DNA of 18,935 nt from Arcobacter sp. (GTDB lineage: Bacteria; Campylobacterota; Campylobacteria; Campylobacterales; Arcobacteraceae). The notes beneath the pieces are model-generated. The model ran no database searches. It saw nothing but the letters and a program-made list of their open reading frames with translations, and had not been told where the DNA came from. The stretch's first letter is position 1. The number at the start of each line of letters is the position of its first letter. The DNA lies in NCBI GenBank assembly GCA_965662175.1, contig CBFIGT010000038.1, forward strand, positions 1-18,935. Direction: 5' to 3'. Below are positions 1-9,562 of this stretch, in pieces. Position numbers and translations under genes: made by a program.

Positions 1-2
1 TT

Positions 3-350
3 GGTGGTGGAGCTTCTATTTTAGGAGTTTTATCAGGAACTGATGGAGTGCCTGTAAGTATTGGTGAAAATACACTATTAGGTGCAAACTCATGTACAGG
101 AACAGCTATTGGTGATTCTTGTATTTTAGATGCAGGAGTTACTATTTTACCAGGTACAAAAATTACTTTATCTGAAAAAGCAGTTGCTGCACTTAAAGAG
201 ATTAATCCTGATAAAGAGATAAGTACTCTTATGAGAGGAATGGATTTCCAAGGTGTTAATGGAGTACATTTTAGAGTTAACTCATTAAATGGTCAAACTA
301 TTGCTATGAGAAGTACTAGAGAAGTTAAACTAAACTCTGACTTACACTAA
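3..350 (+). CDS. dapD: 2,3,4,5-tetrahydropyridine-2,6-dicarboxylate N-succinyltransferase, C-terminal part (5'-truncated by window edge)
   Basis: Frame is open from position 3 (GGGASILGVLSGTDGVPVSIGENTLLGANS...IGDSCILDAG). Hexapeptide repeats and a C-terminal LN-x-x-LH end are typical of DapD. The track's GTG at 48 is internal. Confidence 0.9.
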   Translation, partial: GGGASILGVLSGTDGVPVSIGENTLLGANSCTGTAIGDSCILDAGVTILPGTKITLSEKAVAALKEINPDKEISTLMRGMDFQGVNGVHFRVNSLNGQTIAMRSTREVKLNSDLH

Positions 351-357
351 ATAAAAA

Positions 358-385
358 AAGGTTAAAGATTTAAATCTTTAACCTT
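358..385. terminator. Probable bidirectional intrinsic terminator between convergent dapD and GGDEF gene
   Basis: Perfect 28-bp palindrome AAGGTTAAAGATTT/AAATCTTTAACCTT. The A-run at 353-359 gives a U-tail on the minus strand. Confidence 0.75.
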
Positions 386-2222
386 AAAATAACTCTACAC
401 TTGTAACTTGCTCTTTTTGAAATCTAACTACTTTATCTCTTCCACTACTTTTTGCTTCATATAGGGCAATATCAGCATTTTTAATAACTGTATCAAATAG
501 TTTTGAATCTTGAGGGTACATTGATAAACCAATACTAACTGTCTTTTTAATAGTTGTACCAGCATAAACATCAATCTCATTTTCTCTTACTTTTTGTCCA
601 ATTTTATGGGCAATATTCATTGCACTCTCTTCTGAATCTATACCAATTAGAAGTACAATAAACTCTTCACCACCATATCTAACTAAGATATCAGATTCAC
701 GAACACTCTCTTGTAGTATTCTTGATAACTCTTTTAGTACCTTATCTCCAATATCATGACCATACTCATCATTTACAGCTTTGAAGTGGTCCATATCTAA
801 CATAAGTAGGGCAATATTTTTATTATCTCTGTTAACCTGTGGTATAAGTTTTTTTAGATTCTCTTCTAAATATTTTCTATTATAAAGTTGTGTTAATCCA
901 TCTGTAAATGCTGATTCTTGAAGTGCATTCATTAATAGTTTCACTTCAATAGTAGGACTTGCTTCTTTTAAATAACTTCTAATAAATATGTTTTTATTTT
1001 TTATTTCATCTAACTCTTCTTTTGTATCACATACAAAATGAACTATTAAATAAAAGTTTTTTGTAATATCAATATTCATACAAAAATAGAATTTATTCTC
1101 TTTATTAAAATATGGACAAGAGTTATGAAAATCAATAGAAACTACATCATTTTTAGTTCTTGCAGCACGGCATAATTCAGGTGAGTTTTTTATTGATTCA
1201 TGGCAATATAGTGATTCTCCAATCTCTATTACCTTTTGCATTTTTTGTTTTTTAATATCAATTTCAAAAAATGTGAAGTTTTTTATTTTGAATTTATTTT
1301 GAAAAACTTCAGAAATTCTTCTATAAATTTCATCTTTTGTATTATCAAGTTCTACTTGTTTTTTAAATTGATATAAATTTGATAAATTATCAATAATCTC
1401 TTTTGATTCATCCAATGGATTAGTTTTACTGTTTTTATATCCAATAAAACCTTGTAGTTTTTCATCAATATCCAAACTTGTATCTTTAAATATTTTTATT
1501 AAATTATTATAATCTTCTGTAATATCAATAAACTCTTTAGATAAACCAACTGGCATATTTATAGTTTTGAATTTACCCTCTTTAGATTGATTAATATTTT
1601 CTCTTAATTTTCTATATAAAGATAAATATGGTTTCATTATTTGTTTACTAAAAAAGTAAAATATTATTAAAGAAAATATAGCTATGAAAAGTATGGTATA
1701 GCTAGATTTTAAACCACTCTCTTTTATTGTACTTATATCCAAAACCATAGAGAGTGCAGCTATTGTATCTCCCTCTTTTACATTGTGACAGTTTGTACAG
1801 CTTATTCCATTTTGATTAGTAGCTTTAAAAGGTATTGTAATTCTCAAAGAGCTTGAACTAAAATTTTCATGCACTTTATATTTACTTATTCCACTTAGTA
1901 AAACATCTCTATCAAGTTCATCTTTTGCTAATTTAAAATTAGCCTTGTTAAATTGTTTATTTAAATTTTCACTTCTTACTATCCATACATCTTTAACATT
2001 TGAAATTTTGATAATAGAGTTCAAAAAGTTTTCAATATCTTCTGTTTTATTATTAGTCATATGTGATGTAAGTCCACTTTTTACAACTTCAGATATCAAA
2101 TTAGCATTTGAAACAGTAGATTTAATAGTTACATCTCTGATATTGTATAAGCTTAAAGCAGTTATAGATATGATTAAAATAAGTAGGAGTACTAAAAATT
2201 GTAATATTATATTTTTTTTCAT
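384..2222 (-). CDS. Membrane-anchored diguanylate cyclase with periplasmic CxxCH (putative heme c) sensor, GAF-like region and GGDEF domain
   Basis: Two hydrophobic TM segments flank a domain with CTNCH. C-terminus has TDGLTQLYNR, DMDHFKAVNDEYGHDIGD, an RESD I-site and RYGGEEF. Confidence 0.9.
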   Translation of the reverse strand: MKKNIILQFLVLLLILIISITALSLYNIRDVTIKSTVSNANLISEVVKSGLTSHMTNNKTEDIENFLNSIIKISNVKDVWIVRSENLNKQFNKANFKLAKDELDRDVLLSGISKYKVHENFSSSSLRITIPFKATNQNGISCTNCHNVKEGDTIAALSMVLDISTIKESGLKSSYTILFIAIFSLIIFYFFSKQIMKPYLSLYRKLRENINQSKEGKFKTINMPVGLSKEFIDITEDYNNLIKIFKDTSLDIDEKLQGFIGYKNSKTNPLDESKEIIDNLSNLYQFKKQVELDNTKDEIYRRISEVFQNKFKIKNFTFFEIDIKKQKMQKVIEIGESLYCHESIKNSPELCRAARTKNDVVSIDFHNSCPYFNKENKFYFCMNIDITKNFYLIVHFVCDTKEELDEIKNKNIFIRSYLKEASPTIEVKLLMNALQESAFTDGLTQLYNRKYLEENLKKLIPQVNRDNKNIALLMLDMDHFKAVNDEYGHDIGDKVLKELSRILQESVRESDILVRYGGEEFIVLLIGIDSEESAMNIAHKIGQKVRENEIDVYAGTTIKKTVSIGLSMYPQDSKLFDTVIKNADIALYEAKSSGRDKVVRFQKEQVTSVELF

Positions 2223-2260
2223 TTGTAAAACCTTTGTTTATATATTTTAATATATAAAAC

Positions 2261-2290
2261 TTTAAACAACATTATAAAAAGTTGTTTAAA
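2261..2290 (-). promoter_or_regulatory. 10-bp inverted repeat enclosing a TATAAT -10 (operator and/or terminator of upstream operon)
   Basis: TTTAAACAAC-N10-GTTGTTTAAA. Minus-strand TATAAT lies at 2276-2271 in the spacer, about 50 nt upstream of the GGDEF ATG. Confidence 0.45.
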
Positions 2291-2299
2291 TATTATTTT

Positions 2300-3598
2300 T
2301 TAATTAAAAAGATCTTCTGGATTTATATGTGTATTGTTTTTTGTTGCTTGAAAAGTAAGAGTTTCATCAACTCTTCCTACAACATACCCTTTTTTTATCC
2401 ACTTTCCAACTTTTAAAGTTGGAGAGATTTGGTCTAAATGTGAATAAATAGTATGTAATCCATTTCTATGTTGAACAATAACTACATTTTCAAGCATACC
2501 TGAGTCTTTTTTTGAGTAAACAACTTTCCCATCTAACACAGCATATACCTTTGCATTTGCTTCGTTTGTTTTTAATAAAACTGATTCATTAAAGAGTTTT
2601 ATTTTATAAACAGGGTCAAAATATTTACCAAATTTTTTTATTATTGAGTATGATTTTAAAGGAGCAATTGTTTTTGAACCTCTATATCTTGAGATTTTTA
2701 CACCCTTTGTGGAAGAGCCTAATATTCTAACATCTAAATCAATATCTTCAGCATAATCATTTTGTACAGATTCTTGAGTTTTTTGAATAGTTGTATTAGC
2801 TACAGATTTTACTTTTAACTCTTTTTCACGCTCTCTTTTTCTTTTTAAAGCTAAAAGCTCCTCTTTTTTTCTTTTTTCCTCTTTTAGCTCTTCTGTTTTT
2901 AAAATATTTAATTGTGAGAGAAGTGAGGTTAAAGAGTTCTGTTTTTGTATTATGCTTTTTAACTCTCTTTGATAAGCTTTATGTTTATCTTCAATAGAGG
3001 ATAGTGATTCTGAGTGTTTAGAAAGAAGATAGTTTAATACTTTTTTCTTTTTTTGTCTTTTTTGAATATAGGTATAAAGTTTTTTTATTTTTCTTTGATT
3101 ATCTAGCTTATTTTCTGTTATTTGAATATATTGGCTATCTATTTTTAGCATTTTATCTTTTGCTTCATTTGCTAAGATATTATATATTTCACTATCAATC
3201 AACTCATCTAATGAGTTTTTATCTGCTAATTTTATTGCAATAGATGAGGAGTAATCTTCAATAATAGAGTTAACTAACTCCTCTTCATAATCTTTTTTTT
3301 GGTTTTGCAAAATTTCACTTTTTATTGATAATTCACTTAACTCTTTTTTTGAGTTTTCTAAAAGCTCTTGATGTTCATTTATATCTTTTGTTACTAGATT
3401 TATCTCTTTTTCTAATTTTTTTAATTCACTATTTTGTTCATCAATTTGTTTTGCAAGAAGTTGAATTTGTAGTTTTGTTTTGTTTTTTGTATTTATGTTT
3501 TTATTTAATATAGATTTACTGTTTTTTATTTTATTATCAATTTCACTAGAAAAAGTTTGGGTTAATATTAATATTGATAAAAAAAGTAGTTTAAGCAT
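2300..3598 (-). CDS. envC: Murein hydrolase activator EnvC-like (coiled coil plus degenerate M23/LytM)
   Basis: Signal peptide from ATG 3598 (MLKLLFLSILIL), long coiled coil, M23-like C-terminus (VIVQHRNGLHTIYSHL...VKGxxVG-like KKGYVVG) lacking the HxH Zn motif. Directly downstream of ftsEX. Confidence 0.8.
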   Translation of the reverse strand: MLKLLFLSILILTQTFSSEIDNKIKNSKSILNKNINTKNKTKLQIQLLAKQIDEQNSELKKLEKEINLVTKDINEHQELLENSKKELSELSIKSEILQNQKKDYEEELVNSIIEDYSSSIAIKLADKNSLDELIDSEIYNILANEAKDKMLKIDSQYIQITENKLDNQRKIKKLYTYIQKRQKKKKVLNYLLSKHSESLSSIEDKHKAYQRELKSIIQKQNSLTSLLSQLNILKTEELKEEKRKKEELLALKRKREREKELKVKSVANTTIQKTQESVQNDYAEDIDLDVRILGSSTKGVKISRYRGSKTIAPLKSYSIIKKFGKYFDPVYKIKLFNESVLLKTNEANAKVYAVLDGKVVYSKKDSGMLENVVIVQHRNGLHTIYSHLDQISPTLKVGKWIKKGYVVGRVDETLTFQATKNNTHINPEDLFN

Positions 3599-4409
3599 TT
3601 TTAATTTTATACCTAAAAAGTACACCAAAGATTGTAACTATGGATATACCAAAAGATAGTAAAAATAGTTTTAAAACTTCAAGTTCAAGTTTAATCTCTG
3701 TTGATAAAAGTTCATTTAACTCTTCAGGAAAAACCAAATTTAGATTCATAGAAATAAAAACTAAAGCAGCAGCTGAAAATAAAAAGGATATAAATGCTCC
3801 AAATATTGCATACTTTATAACAGGTGCTGCACTATATAAAATAGAAGCACCATGAAGTTGGAATATTAATATTCTTTCATTATGTGCATAGAACCAAATT
3901 GTAACTTGTTTTGATAAAATTATTACCACAAATATTAAAATAAGACCAAATAAAACAATAGTAATATTATTTACTAAAACCAAAAGTAAATAGATTTGAT
4001 TATGGTTTTTAGAGAATATTTCAATTCTTTTTATGTTTTCATTTTTTAGTAAATCAGCTCTAATCTTTTTTAGTTCAATAGTTGTAGGAAATACATCCAA
4101 ATGTATTTCATAAAAGTGTGGAAGCCTTTGATTTAGCAAGGCAATAGAGTTTTCTGATAATTTACTTTTAATATTTGCAATAATATTTTTTTTGTCTAAG
4201 GTATTTATTTTATTAACTTTAATTCCAGCAATACTATCAAATTTCTCTTTTTCAATTGGAGTATGGGTAACTATAACTATTGAATAATCACTTGATATCT
4301 TTTTTTTATAATCAGTTACTATATTGTTTGTGATTAAATATATGGCAAAGGTAATTAACATAACTGTTAATGGAATAACAAATGTTAATATATTTTTAAG
4401 AGACCTCAT
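3591..4409 (-). CDS. ftsX: Cell division ABC transporter permease FtsX
   Basis: Four-TM layout with a periplasmic loop and an ERILIFQLHGAS motif (EI-x-IM-x-LxGA-like). Follows ftsE. ATG at 4409 preferred over the track start. Confidence 0.85.
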   Translation of the reverse strand: MRSLKNILTFVIPLTVMLITFAIYLITNNIVTDYKKKISSDYSIVIVTHTPIEKEKFDSIAGIKVNKINTLDKKNIIANIKSKLSENSIALLNQRLPHFYEIHLDVFPTTIELKKIRADLLKNENIKRIEIFSKNHNQIYLLLVLVNNITIVLFGLILIFVVIILSKQVTIWFYAHNERILIFQLHGASILYSAAPVIKYAIFGAFISFLFSAAALVFISMNLNLVFPEELNELLSTEIKLELEVLKLFLLSFGISIVTIFGVLFRYKIKNA

Positions 4410-5058
4410 AAATAATCCCATCTTCTATTGATAATTGTCTAAATCTAATTCCAAAGTTTTTTGGTACTCTATGTGTCACAACTACAACTGTAATACCTAG
4501 TTGCTCATTTGCACCTTTTAGTAAATTCCAAACAACATCAGCTGAATAATCATCTAAATTTCCTGTTGGCTCATCTGCAATTATGATTTTTGGATTATGA
4601 GCTAAAGCACGTGCAACTGCAACTCGTTGTTGCTCTCCACCACTTAGCTCATTTGGGTAGTATCCTTTTCTATGAGATAGTTTAACGTGATTTAAAAGCT
4701 TATTTGCTTGTTCTATTGATATTTCATTTGAGTAACCATTTATCTTAAGGGGAAGCATAATATTCTCTTCAATTGTCCACTCTTTTATAAGTTTATAATC
4801 TTGAAATATAACCCCTACGTCTTTTCTAAGTTTTCGCAAGTTTTTGTTTGAAATATTAGCTAACTCAAAATTATCTATGGAAAAACTTCCATGTTTTAAA
4901 GGAATATCTCCATACATAGATTTTATAAGTGTAGATTTTCCACTACCACTTGCTCCCCCTATAAAAATAAACTCTTTAGGTCTTATATGAAAACTACCTT
5001 TTTTTATAATAAATTTATTTTCATCATAAGCTAGATATATATTTTTAGCATTTATCAT
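4396..5058 (-). CDS. ftsE: Cell division ATP-binding protein FtsE
   Basis: Walker A GASGSGKS, Q-loop VIFQDYKL, LSGGEQQRVAVARAL, IIADEPTGNLD. Next to ftsX. Confidence 0.92.
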   Translation of the reverse strand: MINAKNIYLAYDENKFIIKKGSFHIRPKEFIFIGGASGSGKSTLIKSMYGDIPLKHGSFSIDNFELANISNKNLRKLRKDVGVIFQDYKLIKEWTIEENIMLPLKINGYSNEISIEQANKLLNHVKLSHRKGYYPNELSGGEQQRVAVARALAHNPKIIIADEPTGNLDDYSADVVWNLLKGANEQLGITVVVVTHRVPKNFGIRFRQLSIEDGIIYEVS

Positions 5059-6247
5059 TTGTTAAAATCTCTTTTAGTTTTATATGGGATTTTATGTTTG
5101 AACTTGTTGGAATTGGTTCACCTTGGTAGTATGAAATCTTTCCATTTTTTATTATTAGATATTTACTAACAGGTCTATTAAATGAACCCATTGTTATTTG
5201 AATTAAACCTGAATTTTCCTCATTTTCCATAATATAGGTATCTTCAATATTTATGAAAAAGTCCTCAAAAATTTGAGATTTTGCAGGAAGTTTATTTAGA
5301 AGTTCTAAATAGTTTATTTTAGTTTCAAAACTAAAATCTTTGTCTAAATCTATCTCTTCATCTATTGTATTAGAGTATAAAGTTACATCATAAATATTTT
5401 TTTTCTGTCTTTTCCATCTATCTTCATATTTGCTTGATATTGCTAAATCTTTATTAATATCAATCTCTATTTTACCACTTGGTAGATTTGTCAAAAGCTC
5501 TGTACAGTAATCAAAATATTTTCTACTATCAGTTCTAAGCTCTAGTGTTCCATTAAGTTTTAAAACTCTTTTTGCTTCATAAATAAAATCATTACTATAT
5601 ATTCTTCTATGGGGTTTTTTATCCCAAGGTACAGGAAAATGTACAAATATTTTTCCAACACTATTTGATTTTATAAACTCCATAAAAAGTCTTGCATCAT
5701 AATTTACAGCTAAAATATTTTTAATACCTAATATTTTTACTTGTTTTAACATCTGCTCAATTGAAGGAGTGTGTATTTCAAGTCCAATAAACTGCACATC
5801 AGGATTGGCTTGGGCTTGATATAAAAGATGTCTTCCTGAACCAAAACCTATTTCGATTTGAAGCTCTTTATTTGTTTTAAACTCATTTACGAAATACTCT
5901 ATATCTTTTAAATACTCTTTTTCAGGCTCAATTTTTTCACTTAATACTTTTGTATTTGAAAAAACAATATTTGCATCAGTTGTTTTTGCATAGGCATTTA
6001 AAGCATCTTTTACTATATTTATTGGAGTTACTCTTGTAACTTTATCCACTTTTAACATTTGATTTTCATTTTTATCTTTTAAAGATAGTAAAAACTCTTT
6101 ATTATCATTTCTAACACCAATTTTATACTCTGTATTCCTAATACCATCTCTAAAATTAAATGATTTTGCAATAAAATCAAAATCAACACCATCAAAAGAT
6201 GATGCTGTTTTTAAAGGATTATTTTTATTAAATACTATATGCGGCAT
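5045..6247 (-). CDS. trmB: tRNA (guanine-N7)-methyltransferase, long Campylobacterota type
   Basis: IEIGFGSGRHL SAM motif, FIGLEIH, HFPVPWDKKPHRR, LELRTD, SKYEDRW. Confidence 0.92.
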   Translation of the reverse strand: MPHIVFNKNNPLKTASSFDGVDFDFIAKSFNFRDGIRNTEYKIGVRNDNKEFLLSLKDKNENQMLKVDKVTRVTPINIVKDALNAYAKTTDANIVFSNTKVLSEKIEPEKEYLKDIEYFVNEFKTNKELQIEIGFGSGRHLLYQAQANPDVQFIGLEIHTPSIEQMLKQVKILGIKNILAVNYDARLFMEFIKSNSVGKIFVHFPVPWDKKPHRRIYSNDFIYEAKRVLKLNGTLELRTDSRKYFDYCTELLTNLPSGKIEIDINKDLAISSKYEDRWKRQKKNIYDVTLYSNTIDEEIDLDKDFSFETKINYLELLNKLPAKSQIFEDFFINIEDTYIMENEENSGLIQITMGSFNRPVSKYLIIKNGKISYYQGEPIPTSSNIKSHIKLKEILTNDKC

Positions 6248-6251
6248 ATTT

Positions 6252-7526
6252 TTATTTAGTAATTAATTTTGGTAATACAAGAAGAGTTTCATTTGTTCTT
6301 TCAGAAACTATTCCATATTCATCAACTGATTCAACAGAGTATTTATACTCAACACCTCTAACTATATCTTTATCTTCAAATCTTAAATCAGTAATATTTG
6401 TATATTTTTGATTTCTAGTTTTGAAAAAACTATCTTTTATTGTTTTATAAATATTATAGTGAACAGCTCTATTATCACCTGGTTGCCAGTTTAAAATTGC
6501 TTTTTCACCTTGTATTTGTGCTAGTGTTAAAATTGGTTTATTTAGTTTTGTTAAAGTTATTCCCATAACAGGATTTATACTATCACTACTCTCTAAACCA
6601 TCTTTATCAATAGTTGTAACTTTATAAAAATATGTTTTTCCATCTTCATTTATAAAATCTTCAAAAGTGAAAATATTGCTATTTAGTTTTTTTATTTCAT
6701 CAAAAGAACCATTTGGAGTGTTATTTCTATAAATTACATATTTTACAGCATCAAGTGAAGCTGATGATTGCCAATTTAAAGTGATTTTTCTTGGTTGATT
6801 ATTTGTAGCTGTTAAGTTTTGTACACCAGCTGGAAGTGCTTTTGTTTGTGCTTTTACAATTTGGCTCTCTTCAGATGGAATATCATCAAATGTATAAGCT
6901 ATAACTTTATATAAATAAACAACATTATCTTTTAATCTTGTATCAATATACTCAGCTTGTAATCTACCATCTAAAGTCTCTAATTTTTCCCAATCACTAT
7001 CTTGTGGAGTTGATCTAAAAATTTTGTAGTATTGAATACTCTCATTTGAATGAGGTCTCCATATTACTTTTATTTGTCTAGGTAAATTACTAATAGCTTG
7101 TATAAAAGCAATAGCCTCAGGTCTTGGCAGAGTTGTTACTTGGAAAGTTTTAGTAGGTCTTGATTCTATATCATTTACAGTTGCACTTGAAAAAGTATAG
7201 GCATATTTTGTATTTGGTGTTAGATTTGCATCTAAAAAGTGAGAAGAGTATCTATTTTTGATAAAATCTATATGTTTTAATTTTGTTGTCTCTTCACTTA
7301 AATTTGCTCTATACAAGTTATAACCAATAATTCTAGAATCATCAACTTTTTGCCACTCAAAGGCAATAGAGTTCACACCTGAAATAGTTCTAATAGAGTT
7401 TGAATCTATAACTTCTAAAGTTTCATCAATCTTTGGTTTAGCAGGGTCTGTTAAATTTTTAGTGCTACATCCACTAACTAAAAGTAGTAAAAATAGAAGT
7501 GATGTAATCTTCATCAAGTTTTTCAT
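6252..7526 (-). CDS. Fibronectin type III repeat lipoprotein (FlpA-like)
   Basis: Lipobox LLVSG-C. About four FN3 repeats (W...Y-x-I-Y-R...F-x-D...Y-x-Y-x-V). GGAGAG SD upstream. Position matches C. jejuni flpA as recalled. Confidence 0.85.
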   Translation of the reverse strand: MKNLMKITSLLFLLLLVSGCSTKNLTDPAKPKIDETLEVIDSNSIRTISGVNSIAFEWQKVDDSRIIGYNLYRANLSEETTKLKHIDFIKNRYSSHFLDANLTPNTKYAYTFSSATVNDIESRPTKTFQVTTLPRPEAIAFIQAISNLPRQIKVIWRPHSNESIQYYKIFRSTPQDSDWEKLETLDGRLQAEYIDTRLKDNVVYLYKVIAYTFDDIPSEESQIVKAQTKALPAGVQNLTATNNQPRKITLNWQSSASLDAVKYVIYRNNTPNGSFDEIKKLNSNIFTFEDFINEDGKTYFYKVTTIDKDGLESSDSINPVMGITLTKLNKPILTLAQIQGEKAILNWQPGDNRAVHYNIYKTIKDSFFKTRNQKYTNITDLRFEDKDIVRGVEYKYSVESVDEYGIVSERTNETLLVLPKLITK

Positions 7527-8436
7527 TTATTCTCTCCATATTAAAATTATTATTTAAAAATTCTTGCATATCATTTGCGATATTAGCCCTAAAATTCATC
7601 ATTTCATTCGTGATTGGGTGAATTAGGTATAAGTTATAAGCGTGTAAATAAAACCTAGAGATTTTATTTAATTCGCCCTTAAATCCATATAAATTGTCCC
7701 CTAATATATGCCTATTTAGTGTACTTAAATGTACTCTAATTTGATGAGTTCTTCCTGTAAAAAGTTTACAAGATATTAATTCATATTTTTCATTTTTACT
7801 TAATTCAAGTTTTGCAAAAGCTGTTTTTGCATTTTTACCATTTTCAAGAATTCCCATTTTTAATCTATTATTTGGATTTCTTCCTATTGGTTTATCTATT
7901 ATTAAACTCTCTTTTAAAGGTAAATCAGTAATTGCTAAATAGTATCTTCCCATTGTTTTATCTTCAAGTTGCTTTGATAATCCAACATGGGCTTCATTTG
8001 TTTTAGCAACAACCATAACACCACTTGTACCTTTGTCAAGTCTATGTACAATTCCATGTCTCTCTTCACCTGAAATTGTTGATAAAGATATATTTTTTGT
8101 TTTTAACCAATCTACAAGTGTAGCCTCTTTTACGCTTGGAGCTCCATGAACTGTTAGATTATATGGTTTATTTAAAACTAAGATATAATCATCTTCATAT
8201 ATTATTTCCACATCAAAATCTACATCTAAAGCAACACTCTCTTCAACTTCTGGAAACTCTACATAAACCTCTTGATTCTCTTTTAATTTATAACCTGTTT
8301 TTGATACAAGTTTTCCATCTACTTTTACATTCTCTTTTTTTATTAATTGTTCAACTTGATTTCTTGATTCATCTAAAGTTTCAGATAAAAATTTATCTAA
8401 TCTAGATGGCTCTTGAACAATAAAGTTTTTATTCAT
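7474..8436 (-). CDS. rluD: RluA/RluD-family rRNA pseudouridine synthase with S4 domain
   Basis: RLDKFL S4 start, LNKPYNLTVH, GIVHRLDKGTSG (catalytic Asp), TGRTHQIRVH, ILGDNLYG, LHA. Confidence 0.88.
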   Translation of the reverse strand: MNKNFIVQEPSRLDKFLSETLDESRNQVEQLIKKENVKVDGKLVSKTGYKLKENQEVYVEFPEVEESVALDVDFDVEIIYEDDYILVLNKPYNLTVHGAPSVKEATLVDWLKTKNISLSTISGEERHGIVHRLDKGTSGVMVVAKTNEAHVGLSKQLEDKTMGRYYLAITDLPLKESLIIDKPIGRNPNNRLKMGILENGKNAKTAFAKLELSKNEKYELISCKLFTGRTHQIRVHLSTLNRHILGDNLYGFKGELNKISRFYLHAYNLYLIHPITNEMMNFRANIANDMQEFLNNNFNMERINEKLDEDYITSIFTTFS

Positions 8437-8443
8437 ATTTCGC

Positions 8444-8449
8444 TACTCT
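8444..8449 (+). promoter_or_regulatory. Candidate -10 element for leaderless rodA mRNA
   Basis: g-c-TACTCT followed by exactly 6 nt and the rodA ATG. No SD-like purine tract upstream. Confidence 0.35.
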
Positions 8450-8455
8450 TTCACT

Positions 8456-9562
8456 ATGAGATTTATTGACAAAAGAATTATTTCCCAATTTGATTATCCA
8501 TTGATAATCTTTATTATACCATTAATATTATTGTCTTACCATTTAGTAGGAGAGATAAATACAACATTAGCCCAAAAACAAGTAGTTTATTTTGGTTTAT
8601 CCTTGCTTGCTTTTTTTGTGGTTTTTATTATTCCATTAAGAAGAAACTTAAGAATAATTCCTTTTTTATATTGGCTTGGTATTTTGTTATTGGTCGCTGT
8701 TGAGCTTTTTGGTGTTACAAAATTAGGTGCACAAAGATGGCTTCAAATACCAGGAACTAGTGCAACAATACAACCATCTGAGTTAATAAAACCGATATTT
8801 TTATTAATGATTGGATATTTGGTTAAAAATAGACCACCTCCAATAAATGGTTATGATGTAAAAGATTTTTTATATTTTTCTATTTATATTTGTATTCCTT
8901 TTGTATTAATTGCCAAAGAGCCTGATTTAGGAACAGCTCTTGTTTTACTTTTAGTAGGATATGGAATACTATTTATAATAGGAGTAAATTGGAAAATTTG
9001 GGCAACTATTATTATAGTTTTAGGAACTTTATCCCCTTTTATTTATACAAATTTAATAAAAGATTATCAGAAAAAAAGAATAAAAGATTTTATTGCTGAA
9101 GAGCCTAGTTATCATGTTCAACAATCAATTATAGCAATTGGTTCGGGAGGACTTACGGGAAAAGCTCCAGAAGAGGCTACGCAAACACAATTAAAGTTTT
9201 TGCCAATAGCAACAAGTGATTTTATTTTTGCTTATTTGGTTGAAAGATATGGATATATAGGTTCAATTGGTTTGATATTGATTTATATTTTACTTATATT
9301 GCATCTTCTGTCCATGAATTACTATTTTTCCGATGATTATGTAATAAGGTGCTTTGCCTCCGGATTAGCACTCTTACTCTTTTTGAGTATGTCCATTAAT
9401 ATATTTATGGTTATAGGATTTGCACCTGTTGTAGGATTACCTTTGCCCTTGGTCTCCTATGGTGGAAGTTCTTTTATTAATTTTATAGTAATATTTGCGA
9501 TTTTAGAAAATCTATTGGCTTTTAGGTTTATGGATTTATACAGCTTTGAAAGGAAACTTTAA
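8456..9562 (+). CDS. rodA: Rod shape-determining peptidoglycan glycosyltransferase RodA (SEDS family)
   Basis: GAQRWL, IQPSELIK, EPDLGTA, YHVQQSIIAIGSGG, TQLKFLP...SDFIF, PVVGLPLPLVSYGGSS. Confidence 0.92.
   Translation: MRFIDKRIISQFDYPLIIFIIPLILLSYHLVGEINTTLAQKQVVYFGLSLLAFFVVFIIPLRRNLRIIPFLYWLGILLLVAVELFGVTKLGAQRWLQIPGTSATIQPSELIKPIFLLMIGYLVKNRPPPINGYDVKDFLYFSIYICIPFVLIAKEPDLGTALVLLLVGYGILFIIGVNWKIWATIIIVLGTLSPFIYTNLIKDYQKKRIKDFIAEEPSYHVQQSIIAIGSGGLTGKAPEEATQTQLKFLPIATSDFIFAYLVERYGYIGSIGLILIYILLILHLLSMNYYFSDDYVIRCFASGLALLLFLSMSINIFMVIGFAPVVGLPLPLVSYGGSSFINFIVIFAILENLLAFRFMDLYSFERKL

Noticed and set aside
1945..2250. Plus-strand 101-aa ORF
   Set aside because: Antisense shadow of the GGDEF gene with no SD and no recognisable motif.
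2800..3100. Long A/T runs and quasi-repeats in envC
   Set aside because: Explained by Lys/Glu-rich coiled-coil codons. The frame is intact.
3325..3855. Plus-strand ORFs 3325-3513 and 3640-3855
   Set aside because: Antisense to envC/ftsX. Their composition simply mirrors the real genes' codon bias.
7474..7526. 53-bp overlap of rluD 3' end with FN3 lipoprotein start
   Set aside because: Ordinary same-strand overlap in a compact operon. Both proteins look complete.
8136..8405. Plus-strand 89-aa His/Leu-rich ORF
   Set aside because: Fully antisense to rluD with no RBS. Typical shadow-frame composition.
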